From Phoronis australis (taxonomy: Eukaryota; Animalia; Phoronida), in NCBI GenBank assembly GCA_002633005.1, contig NMRA01000065.1:304011-368010 (forward strand): a stretch of DNA of 64,000 bases, given 5' to 3'. Below, in pieces: positions 52,123-64,000 of this stretch. Position 1 is the stretch's first letter. The number at the start of each line of letters is the position of its first letter. Both the position numbers and the translations under genes were made by a program. Under the pieces are notes generated by a model. It ran no database searches and had not been told where the DNA came from. It saw nothing but the letters and a program-made list of their open reading frames with translations.

Positions 52123-54770
52123 TTATTTTTTCTTTGAAAACAACCCTTTAGCCTTGCTGAGCAGTCCACTAATCCCAGACTTTTTCTTCTTGGGCTTCTC
52201 CGCCTCCGCGGCCCCCACCTCTCCTGCAGCCTCTTCGTTCACTTTGGCTACCTCCTCTGCTTTTTCGTCGTTATCCTCTTTGGCAGAACCGGACACAAGT
52301 TCAACACCTTTGTCCTTGACAGCTTCAACGACGCCCTTTTCGCCTGATTTTACGTCCGTATAGACATCTTTTCCCGCTTCTGAAAAACACGTGGTTTACA
52401 ATACTCAGAGCTCAACTCCTTTGTTACTAGTGGAAAGAGGTCGCATCACAAATACTCCCTATTTAAGTAGTTAAGCAATCGTTTTTGTCATTCTCCAACA
52501 GGATCTAAATTTGAATTTCTCATGAGAACTCCGAATACCACTCTTCTAAAATTCGTCCGCTATGCTCTCAAGGCGTCACAATTTACTATCCAGTGTGTAA
52601 CGCACCTGACAATGTATTGTCTTGTATGTTATACTTTAGGCCTATGGCAAATGGTCTGCTTCTAGGGGTGCTTATTTGTATCACAAAAATATATGGCTAC
52701 CAGACAGCGCAAAATGTGTCAAATTCATCCAAAAGGGGAACATATCATCACTTCTTTAATTGCGAAAAGCTATTTACCAAATTTCATAAAAATTCATCAA
52801 GGAATTTCAGGGAAACGGGAGAAACGGAAAAAAATGAAATTGACAGTAAAGGGCACAACGTTCGTTGGGTACATCTGAAAGTGTCATCGTTCGTTGTCAA
52901 CTTCATATTAATACAACTGCTAACTTCAATAAAGATCATCCTGTGGGTATAGGAGATACAGCGATGGGCGCAAAAATTGTTAGGAGACACCAAAGTAGAC
53001 GAAGTCGACGAAAATTTGTCAACTGACCTCTTCAAACTAAGAACATAATTTCCATGCCAGTTTTCACAATCGTCATTAGAGTGGTTTGGTTGACGGAGGA
53101 GCGGATGCCATAAGCAGACTAGAAAAACAGTTAAAATGGCCACAAGATGGCGCAAAATATATCGAATCCAAATGGAAAGCAAATAAAATTGCCACTAGAG
53201 GGAACAATGTTCGTCGGATCCTTCTAAAAGTCGTAGTCTTCCGCTGTCAACTTCATATAAATACACTTGCTAAGTTTAATCAAGGTAATGTGGAATGTTT
53301 AGGAGATACAGCTATCGGCACAAAAAACTGCCACTATGAGACGCCACAGTAGGCGAAGTCGTCGGAAAATCATTGTCGATCGTCCTCACACTAAGAACAT
53401 GACATGGCAATTTTCTCAATCATCCTTAGAGTGATTTGGTTAATAGAGGGGCGGACGCCAAAAAAACACACTCGAACAATGTAAAAATGGCCACTAGATG
53501 GTTCAAAATGCGTCAAATTCATTTGAAAACGGGAACATGTCACTGTTTTCTTAATAGAAGGTTACTACCATAATTTCATGAAAATCCGTCAAGGAACTTC
53601 ATATAGAAATAGAAATGAAATTGCCATTGGGGGGCACAGCATTAGTCGGATCGGTCTGAAATTGGTCGACGTCCGTTGTCAACGTCATATAAATACGCTT
53701 GCTAAATTCAATAAAAATCCTGCAGTGGCTTAAAGACATGCAGCTATAGGTGCAAAAAAAACAAATATGCCACTAGGAGGCGCCACAGTAGTCGAAATCG
53801 TCGGAAAATGATCGTCAACCGTCTTCTTCACACTAAGAACATATATGTCAATTTGCGCAATCGTCCTTAGAGTGATTTGGTTGAAAGAGGCGCGGACGTC
53901 AAAAACAGTCTCGTAAACAGTAAAACTGGCCACTAGGTAGGGCAAAATACCATGAATCCGTCCGAAAACAGGACGACAGCAAATTTCATGAAAAACCGTT
54001 GATGTTCCTTGATGATACAGAGGTAAACGTAAAAAAGTAAAACTGCCACTAGGGGGCACGTCGATAGTCAGATCCGCGCAAAATTCATCGTCACCCGTCG
54101 CCAGCTTCACATAAGCACATCTGCCAAATCTGATCAAGATCCTGTGAGGGATTTAGCAGATAGGGCTGCGGACGCCGGACGCCCAGGCGCCCGGACGCCC
54201 AGACAGAGAAGACGGCAATATAAATATATGGGCGCAATAAAAAGGTTACTATAGTTTGAAAGGCAAAGCGGAAAAAATTCCAGGACACAAATTTTCTATT
54301 CAGGACCAAACTCAAAATTAAAACTTATCGCGCCACGACCCAAAATTTAACACGTCAGGATCGAAAATTTATCAGAAAACAAAATTTACCACGTCAGGAA
54401 AATTTTACATCAGGAAAATTTCATGCCAGGAAAATTTCACTCGTGCGTTTGTGCATGTGTATATAGGTGCACGAAAATGGTCTTTGTGGTGTTGCAGCTC
54501 CTTTGTTATAAGGTTATCATTCTGCTTTTGAAAACTTGCTCGTTTCCCTGAGGCCTACCCAGCTCACCATTCTATGCCAAATAATACGTTTTATTTAAGA
54601 AACAACGTGTCATTTGTGTTTTTGACTCGAGGGAAAACTTATCATTGAAAATATAGTAGTAGTACATATGCACCCTGTAGGGAGCCTACCTGCCGGTGAA
54701 ACTTGAGTGCAGACTTACCAACAACTACTTCGGTGTCAATATTTGAAGCCAGTTCTTTCGCCGTTTCCAT
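52123..54770 (-). CDS. Uncharacterised 102-aa E/K/A/V-rich protein; complement(join(54719-54770,52123-52379))
   Basis: ATG exon METAKELASNIDTEVVV with a gtaagt donor (phase 1) and an upstream acceptor at 54784-54785. It is phase-compatible with a tttttcag acceptor and an open 257-nt exon ending ..KKKKSGISGLLSKAKGLFSKKK*. Both exons are richer in GC than their surroundings. Confidence 0.75.
52640..54245 (+). repeat. Diverged tandem array (about 380-430-bp units x ~4) ending in 'ggacgccc' microrepeats; possibly a Helentron/HINE-type non-autonomous element
   Basis: Recurring 'gtcaacttcatat', 'cactaagaacat', 'ttagagtgatttggtt', 'aatttcatgaaaa' and 'gccactag' blocks. The family assignment is tentative. 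Confidence 0.6.
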
Positions 54771-55690
54771 TCTCACAAGTTACCTAAAAAGACAACCGAA
54801 CACTCGATTTGTGAAAGTGCGAGACTCGGCGAAAACCAATTCTCGTTCTGTTACAAACCATTCCTTCCGCGATCATTTAGTTCAATTTCTTTTGATCGCT
54901 GGACCGCAGAAATAGAACAAAAAAGGACTGTGTCCCTAATGACTTGCAGTGTTATGAGAGAAGTTCATACACGAGAGACATTATAGAATGTGTGACTATG
55001 AGCAGAAGGGTGCGAAAATGACTTGGTAAAGAGTGAGCAGCTAACTACGTGTTGTGTGTTTCTAATTTAATGGTTTTTGTTTTTTTAAGTACCAAGTTCG
55101 TTTTCACCCAGAGTAGTCCTCCGTTCACTGTCCAGCTTGGACCACTTCAGTCCCAGCAAGTAGTCAACAAACTCAAAAATTTTGCTTGTTTATCCTACCT
55201 AGGTTTTTGATTTACAAATTACCCGTTAGGTTGCATTAAAGATACTGTAAGCAACGCCCGGTTTCTCTTGTGCACCTACGAGTACATTCTTCCCTTACTG
55301 AGTTAACAGTGCTGGTCGTGTACTCAATCTCAACTTTGATACTGGACAGCCAGTTTGTTTGCTTTTAGTGCATAAAAGTTGACGCTGCAATAAACCTACG
55401 CTTTCTTTCAAAAAACGACTATTGATCTAGGCCATTTACGGTTATAAAATGGGTCTCTTTTCATCCCTTAGAGTTGATTTCTGGGCTCGGAAAGAACTGT
55501 AAGATCTTTATTGTTTCGGTGCATGGGGCGGGGCCCGTTTTACCAAAGGTCGTTTTGCATGGTCATACCAACAAGGTGTCGTGTATAGGGGGCGGGGCCC
55601 GTTTCATCAAAGGTCGTATGCATGGTCATACCAACACAGTGTCGGGTACCGTACGTGTACGTTAGGGCGAAAGCGACGCAACATGCACCG

Positions 55691-55847
55691 TTCCAAACGC
55701 CGTAACACCAATCATGAGTTTATTAAATGCAAGCCGTTACATGCTTGCAGCTCATTGTAATATATTATTACAATACATTATACACCGTAACACTCTTCAA
55801 CGAGTCCTACATGCGTGTTACAGTGAAAGGTGTTACGGCGTTTGGAA
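55691..55847. repeat. 19-bp perfect inverted repeat (small MITE-like)
   Basis: ttccaaacgccgtaacacc / ggtgttacggcgtttggaa. Confidence 0.75.
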
Positions 55848-58800
55848 ACAACTGAACTGATATTTTTTCTTATTCAGGCCGTCTTTGCAATTTGCGGTTT
55901 TCAAATTAAAAAGGAAGTGTGTTTTAGGTAAGACAGACCGGTCACCTTTGATAAAATGGGCCCCAGGCGTACCCAAAACATCTGTCCCAATAGTTTACGA
56001 TTAGCCATAAAAGTAATATGTGGGTCATCGAGGAAACTAGAGCCGTATTATTGTCGGACAAGTTTAATTCAAACAACAGATAAGAATGAGAATTACAGAC
56101 GTTGCTTTGGAAGATCGTTTATACGCGAATACGCGATGACAGAAGTTTCAGATTTGGGGCTCACTAGAAATGTCGCAAAGTTAGCACCATTTGTTGTGAA
56201 ACCTGTCCCCTGAAGGTGGATTGTCCATGCGAAGCACGGTCCAGTACCTAAAAGAAGCTGCGATGGCAAACTTTAGTCAAAAAATTCGAAAGGTTCATCT
56301 AGATAAGTGTGACCGCTTTATCACAAACTTCAATGTGTGCGTTGCAACTATCATTCAAACAGAAACTGTCAAACGATAAAGATTTCCTTTCTGTGACACA
56401 TTTTTGAAAAGTGTTCAAATGAGGAGTTGGTGTGCAATCAAAATGAGGTATCATTTTTGGCCCACCCTGTTTGTTTTCCCCAATCGCGCTTCTTTATATT
56501 TTGTTAACTTACGGCCTAGAATAAATTGCTGCCATAATTTTAAAATATAATTAACTAAAAGATTCGCCGCTAAAAATAATAGCAGGGTTTTCTTGGCTAT
56601 TTTTAAAACAAAATCCAAAAAGTGTCATTTAAACACCTTTAAATTTCAGAAGCTGTAAATCGTACGTTACTGAAATTGACCCAAGATGGGTAGCGTCGAT
56701 GCAAGCATAGTGCCATCTGTTGACTATTTTCAATCGGCAACAGTATGATTGGTATCGTCTTACGCTTTTCTTCCGAGGCATTCATCTGAACGGATTGTTG
56801 AAAATAAGCACACAAGGGACAGAAGTTACGCTCTTTTTAACAAAACATGTGTACCATTATAACGCGCAAATTACAACGGAGTCGAGTACTGCACTACAAT
56901 AAAATTAGTATTTCGACAGTTGTATTAATGGTAAGCAATCACGCCTATAAGATCCCAAGATTCACATGATTTTGTCACTAAATGTATGTCTCATCTGCCG
57001 TGCCTGTACTCGTGAAACACTTAATGCAACGGCGAAATAAGCATACGAGTCTCACGTGATCACAGCCAGATAGTGTTATAGTCCCAGATACAACATTTAA
57101 CAAATAATTACAGAGCTCTCTTATTACGCTGGCAACCGAATTTCCGAAAATATTTATATGTACAGCTCACTGCCAAGACATGGAGACACCGCCGCTTATT
57201 ATTCCTACATAAACCATTATTCTGAAAAACATAAGCACTCACAGTAATTTTGACGCACCCATAATGCTCTCGGATTCATTGTGCTATACTCTGTTAAAAA
57301 AAACGGTATAAGTTTTCCGTTGCTTAATTCTACTACAAAATACTGATTTCACTGATCCACCCAGAAAAACAATCTGAAACAGTTAATGTCAAGTCTCAAA
57401 TACATTCAAATCGAGGAAACTCATACCTGATCGTCGTCTGCCTCTGGGTCCGCTCGCTGAACGTAGGTGACATGTATGAATAACACAAGCACTCACCGGT
57501 TCACCGTGTTGTATTGTGACAGCTTGAATTTGAGTCTTATTCAAGGCAATGTTTCGTGTCAAGCAAGCATTTGAGATCAACTACAGGAATTCCATTGATA
57601 GCTAACAAGCAGCTTTTCCTCCGCTCTTTTGTGATGACGTAAGCGCTTGAATCCCTTGAAAACAGAGACATTGTATTGCCCTAACTTTCCCGTAGAGCTT
57701 GTATTGAAACGAGAATAGCAACACGACAGCAATGACAAACTTCGAAGGGTTGGAGAATAACAATCTTTTGCTAACAGAATAGCGTCAGTCAGCTGAGAAC
57801 AAGAATTCGACAGTAGAGTCGTACCGGTCTTGCATACCTAAAAGAAGTTACCCAATTGTAAATACTTGGATTCAAAATATTAACAATAATGATATAACAG
57901 GCTAATAATAAAATGTTTACTATGACTTTATTGAGAATGTAACTGATACCATCCAGTACGGTTCAACTTACACTTTTTCGCTATGAGGGCGGTCTGGTAC
58001 CATTTCGGACCGGGTGGACCTATTCGACAACCACATTTGATTTGATTACGCGCCAGATTTCATAATGCAATTACACCGATATTTTATCATTGAATTCTGT
58101 ATGCCGCTATCATTCTAAGTGGAGAGTCTAAAATTAAGTTTCAAAAACAAAATTAAGTGACATCGTCTAAAGGACTAAAAGATATGCATTGCCAACAAAC
58201 CCCCATGAGAGGCCCACCACACAGTCGGTGTTCATGTAGTCGTGTGGATAGGATCCATGTAAGAATGTTAGTGTGTGGAGTTTCGTGGACCGCCAACTAA
58301 TGGCTTAGCCTACAAAACAAGCTGCCTGCGAGTTGCAAACAACGCAACAACAGCTTAGAGTTAGAAGAAAGGCCAGCTCCGTGACCAGTATAAAAATCAG
58401 TTAAGAACAGATTTCAAACGAAGAGATGCCCACTAGGATAATACGTATTTTTCTTAGTATATATTGATGTGACGAGCTGAGCGTGACCCTCGGTCACTTG
58501 AGTCAAGTAGGTCAACTTTGTTTTTGATGCAGATCGACGGCACGATTTGCCGGTTGCTTATTTAACCAAGACAACGCTAAACAAATGGGAGAACAATAAA
58601 GAACATTGATTGCTAGCTCTTTTTTACACTGAAATGCGCGACTTCAACTGAGAACTAAAGTTCTTTAATTGTAACGCAATGAACGGGCGGATGCCTAGTG
58701 AGTCTGAGCCGTGTGAGGCCTCGGGCTATTCAAGTTATGGTGGGTTACAGTCCGTAACTTGCAGAGGGATGAACCCCAAATTTCGCTCTCATGAACACCC

Positions 58801-61800
58801 GTGGTTGTGAATTACAATTTTACAAACTAAGTCTTATGGCAACTGAATGCACCTCTTACAAACTTAGACGAACTGAAACAGTCCTCTTTATGTCGAACTA
58901 CAGCTCCAACTTCGAGGCTTCTAGTAAGTTTTCAAGTTCGGCAGCGACTGCCCCGACTGGCCCCGGCCTTTTCGCCATGATATGGAAAATGTTACATAAA
59001 CACAGTGGCCTTGAGTTGACTGCGGGATTCACGGTTCGTTAGTTCAGAATTCCGCATTGATGTAGCCGGTGTTGCTGTTAAACCATTGCTGTCGTATCGT
59101 ACTCATGGTTGGTAATTCATTGAAAAGTTGCAGATTCAGTCTTTCGCAATCCCGCGCAGATGGTTGCAGATGATGTTTTAATTGTACCATCCAGTCGCAG
59201 TTCGCCAGTTAATGCCAAGTTAATATCTGTGTACACCATATATTGGAACTTGTTACTTACACTTATCTACTAGCATGCAGTAATGAAATTTATGTTCGAA
59301 GTATGTCCCGAAAATAATAGGTGCGTCGCAAGCTCCGTTTCCAGAGATAAAAAGGAGACCGTGTATAGGCGATATAAGGTCATTTATTATGACTGATAAT
59401 GTACAGAAATATGAGTGTACAGATAACATAAAGATGAATGAATAATCTCTGGAAAGATGGGCAATAAAAAGCGCCACGAGAGAATGTAATTTATAATATC
59501 ACGGCTGCGACGGAGACTCAAAAGACTACCACTGCGACTCGATCTTACGACACATGTGACCCTTTACGGTTCGAAAATGGATAGTCAGCCCAGGCACTGG
59601 CAACCGACCTGTTATTTCACGATGACGGTGACGGTGACGACGACGATAAGATTTCACTTTAAATTTATGTAACAGGAGCTACAGAGCAGTGCGGGGATGA
59701 CACTCAGACCCGCTCATCATGCTTTGCATAACCACAAACCTGTCTCCTTGAACGTGCGCGCACCCAGCGTTCAATATGGGGGGCTCGAATTTCTGGCGTT
59801 GTGAAACTTTTGGTAACAAAAAAGCGGGCGGTCTATAAAAAAACGGATGCACCACTGTGAATTGCGCGTTTGTGCTTGGTTAGTGGACTTTAGCCTCATT
59901 TTCTCGTATTTTTTCTCAGAGACGGACCTTTTAGCCCACTTCGCCAAATGGGGGGATTTCTAGCCCCTCGAGCCCCCCTTCCCCGGTTGCGCGCATGTTT
60001 GAAGAAGGAGATGTTAATTTTTTCTTCACCAAACATATACAAACAATATATGCAGATTTGAAATTGTAGATCAAAGGCAAATGACACTACAAGTTTACCA
60101 CCATACAGTATAATACAATACAAAACAATACAATACAATGAAAAACAATCTTGTCTAATCTTATCAAATCTAAACTAAACTAATGTATCCAATCTAAATG
60201 AACACGAACGTAAAATAATGCAATGCAAATAAAATGCAATAACTAGGTATTTAATTATATTTACAAATTTAGGAGCTACAGAATAAACAAAAGAATATAG
60301 ACACATTAGACCTGCAGCCCAGAGCACTTAGCATAGATGAACGAGGTATAAATACTATGGCTGTTGACTTTGTCAGCACTATCAGGGGACCTCAACGTGG
60401 AATTATAGCGTACCACGATGCACACTGAGTCGTCGAGTGGATGATATACATATATCGTGGGCCAAACGGGGGAAAGTGTCGTTCGTAATTACAACCGCAA
60501 TCGTTATATCCGATGAGAAACTGGTTGTTAGTAGGTCGCGTGATCTCTGAAGAAGTTGTCGGCTCGTAATTTTACGCTCGTTTTTTCGCTCGTAATGTGT
60601 CTTTTAATTCCGCCATCAGAGTTTGTTTATTCCTAGGCGCCAAATTCGGATATTCTGTGATAAATAGTTTGCAACAATGAGAAATTGTGAGTTCGAGATA
60701 AAACATCGATTACGGGGAAAAGCCCACTACTGAGAAGGTTCCCCACTGAAAATATTGGACTCATAAAAAGTAGCGATTAAATGAACCTGTAAAATCAAAG
60801 TGAATTATCAGTAAAACATTATACATCCGTTAAGGTTAGAGAATTTTTGAGACTGTAAAATAAAATGATTTGTTGTAATGCACCCATAAAATGCAACTGG
60901 ATTATTTCATCGCGAAATGCGACAAATTAATGAATTTGTAAATATTAGAAATGAATAGTTCATTAATATGAAACTTAATTAATGATCCGTAAAATGCGAC
61001 AACGAAGATTACATAAGGCCACGTAAAATCATAAAATGCTTTTTCGGATTCATTAGTTCGTTACCTGATACATATTGAATAATCCACTGAATGACCTGAA
61101 AAGAGCCGTGAGAATCCGTAAAATGGGACGAATGACTTTGATTCAACCACTCAAATTTGCCCAAATGTAGGCCCGGAAGGCGTATCCGGTGTGAAAGCCA
61201 ACTGTTTAGGTTAAGCAGATGTACAGCGTGTAGAATAACTCGTTTCAAATTTACAAGAGAAACATTTTATTAAAGCTTTACCATTGCTCAGCCTGTGGGA
61301 TAGAACTCGTCAACCCTGAAGGCTTGTCGTCACTAAAGTTTTTTATCGTTTTGGGTAAGATAATACTGTAAAAAAATCTAACTCTTGTCAAAATCCATGT
61401 CCAAGAAAATCTTGTCCCCCGTCTGGTACTGTCGACTTCCAGATTAATAACAATTATACTATTAAAATTTGGTAGCAAAAAGAAGAAAATGCAATATGTA
61501 ATATACGAAACGTTAATGGTTTAGTACTTTTTGCTCGGTTTGCCGAGAAAAATATGTGTCCTGTTGTGACACATAATCATGAATTGAACAGAAGTTGACT
61601 TTCAAACAAAAAACGATTTCAGCGCAATTTCAACAGAATTTAGCAGAATGCAAGGCCAACTGAATGGGCATTTAACATTGAAATAAATAAAAGATTCATA
61701 ATAGTTATGGCTCAAGCACCAAAACAAATTGTACAAAACTGCTTTTTGTAACAGTGTGTCTGCACATATATTATAGTTAAATCTTCACCGATGACAATGT

Positions 61801-64000
61801 AGCCGATTTAACATAACGTTCAATTCAGAAAAGTCGCCATGTTGTCCTGTGTGGATTGTGAGCACCTTAACCAGTCATTTCAATAAGTTACACATGCGTA
61901 ATTAAATTCTGGTGTAAACTCTTGGATTGTACAAAATGGTAGGTAGTAACTAAATTCCACTGCTAGAATATTTGTGAAAATGATGTTTATGCACAGAGTT
62001 GTTATTTACGAAACGTTAATGATTTAGTTGTTGTTTTTTTTTTGATCGGTTTGCCGTTTTTGGTCGCACTGTGGTTTTCGTGTTGTGAACGACTTGAAGT
62101 TGTGAACGGAAAGGCAGAGAAATTGCAACTTTTCAAATGAAAACGCATTTGAATGGGCAACACACTAAATTATTGCCGCTGTTCGATGTAAAAATGAAAT
62201 ATTGAGATCTGTCATTTCTATTTTTGTGGGTAGTGATAATTCGATGACCGTACGTGTGTAAAAAAAACAATTCATGTTTCAGTAACTTTATCATGTGTGA
62301 CAAATTCTTGTGTAGCTTATCTCAATGTAACCACTTTACCTACAGTGACGGTCGTGGCGAAGATTCGCTATTCAGTGTGGCTAGCTTATCTCATCACCTG
62401 CAACTGACTTGTTTGTTACGACGCATTCATGACGGTTTCTACAACTGTCGACGGATCTACTGCATAAACAAGTCACCAAACATTTGACTGATTGCGACAC
62501 ACGCGATAAACACAAGCGATCAACTGTAAGTTTGCGTGTTCGCGGATGTACTGTCATAGTATACAAATACATGCTTAATGGCACCAGTGTATTGATTTGG
62601 GTGGCAGTAAAACTCAATAAATTATGAATGAAACGCGATTGATTTTCTACGAAAGTCTTCTTCTGCAGAGGGAGTACTGGACTATGGTGGGGAGAAAGAC
62701 GACTGGAAATTGTGAATAGTTTGTTACCGATGTCACGTAAGTCGTGATTTAGTGTAACATGTAGTTTTTCATTGTTAGAAAACATCCATAATATAGTTAA
62801 GACGACGTAATTGGCAGCGTGCGTAGGGTTAAACGCGTTGTAACACATACTGTATGTAATTGAGAGTATGAACGACAAACTCAGTGTTCTTAGAAGCTAT
62901 AAACAATAGGTTAACAGTGGAAGGTTCGGACATAACACGCAAATACTCTTATGAGACATTACATGATGTACCGCGGTGTTGAAAGGCTAAAGCACAACGA
63001 TAATTTTCTTGTCCAGTCAATAGAAACCCCGTTGGAGTAATAAGCTTCCGCATTCAAATCTTTGTAGCGATTCTGTTGAAACTTTTATATATGAGCTCGA
63101 TGACGTTCACGTTCAGCTATGGTAAAAATTGAGAAACTCTCAAGAGTGAGTTTCAATAACAGCTACACCAATCAAAACGAATGATTTTTAATTATTCAGC
63201 GTAGGCTATGACAAAAACCATCAGTACAGGAGCACGCTGTTTTATTGTTTCCCCAAAACAAATGGTTGTAAATAATAGCCGGTTACTCATTGATTGGTAA
63301 AGTATATAAGTGAGTAAGTCTAAAATGCCGCATACATGAGAATTTAATTTATCTGTCCAAGTGAAACTGGTCATCTTTAGAAAAAAAAAGAATTGAATAT
63401 ATCGTGACTATTTACTTTCACTCAAGTGTAACAGGAGACCGCTGCAGAGGCAAAACATTGCGAAAATGTTTCAGTGCAGTATCGTACCTTTGGCCAATTT
63501 CATAACACGGGAAATATCAAAGATTGACTTAGAAAACCGGAGTTCACAGTAACTGGCCTTATTGCCTAAGCTGTTCGTGACACAGACATTACCTTTAACC
63601 GGAAACCGGAAACAATACTATTCAATAACCCGAATGGACTAGCCTGCTCGGTTCTATATCAAGAAGGGTTACAGTGTGCTAGCATTGCAAACCAAATTTT
63701 ACACTCTGTAAAAATTGGCACTCTTGGGGCTCATCTAGATTATGAACACAACACATCTGGGCAGTCGGGCCGCCAAAATGTACTTGAGATTCGACTCAAA
63801 AATTAGATATATCATGTACACTTGAGTTGAGTTGAGTTCGTATTATAGCAGGACGGAGAATGTCGAAAATATTTTCGAATTCGTGCGCAAAGCAGACTAA
63901 ACCGCGGCCCCAGGTAGCGTGAAATTGAAAATTATTCTGAGCGTGGTCAGCGCCGATTTGTCAATTTTCCAGTTAGAGACTCGAGTAAAGTCTGATGGTC

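Noticed and set aside
52115-52363. Ser/Thr-rich + strand ORF of 82 aa
   Set aside because: It is the antisense shadow of the - strand exon, which has proper splice sites and a stop.

Overview
AT-rich, intron-rich eukaryotic (invertebrate animal) scaffold segment with one N-gap (45537-46034) and four single-N contig joins. I reconstructed four spliced protein genes by hand, each with GT-AG introns and consistent phases. (1) Leishmanolysin-like metallopeptidase LMLN/invadolysin: + strand, 16 exons, 14324-31422, 659 aa. (2) Chaperonin subunit CCT5: - strand, 10 coding exons, 44198-33956, 535 aa. (3) A TEX49/SPMIP11-like ciliary or sperm microtubule protein: + strand, 3 exons, head-to-head with CCT5. 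(4) An unrecognised 102-aa acidic/basic protein gene: - strand, 54770-52123. The best non-obvious signal is a well-formed box H/ACA snoRNA at 33399-33526 (-), downstream of the CCT5 stop codon and apparently inside a 3'-UTR intron. Its 5' hairpin is SNORA15-like (18S U1367, human numbering) and its 3' hairpin matches 18S U109. The rest is transposon debris: two decayed LINEs, an Academ-like remnant, hAT and Harbinger MITEs, a foldback and a degenerate hammerhead repeat. There are also minisatellites, two ectopic copies of LMLN exon pieces, an array of CTCF-like motifs and two probable assembly duplications. Family assignments come from recalled motifs, not from database searches.
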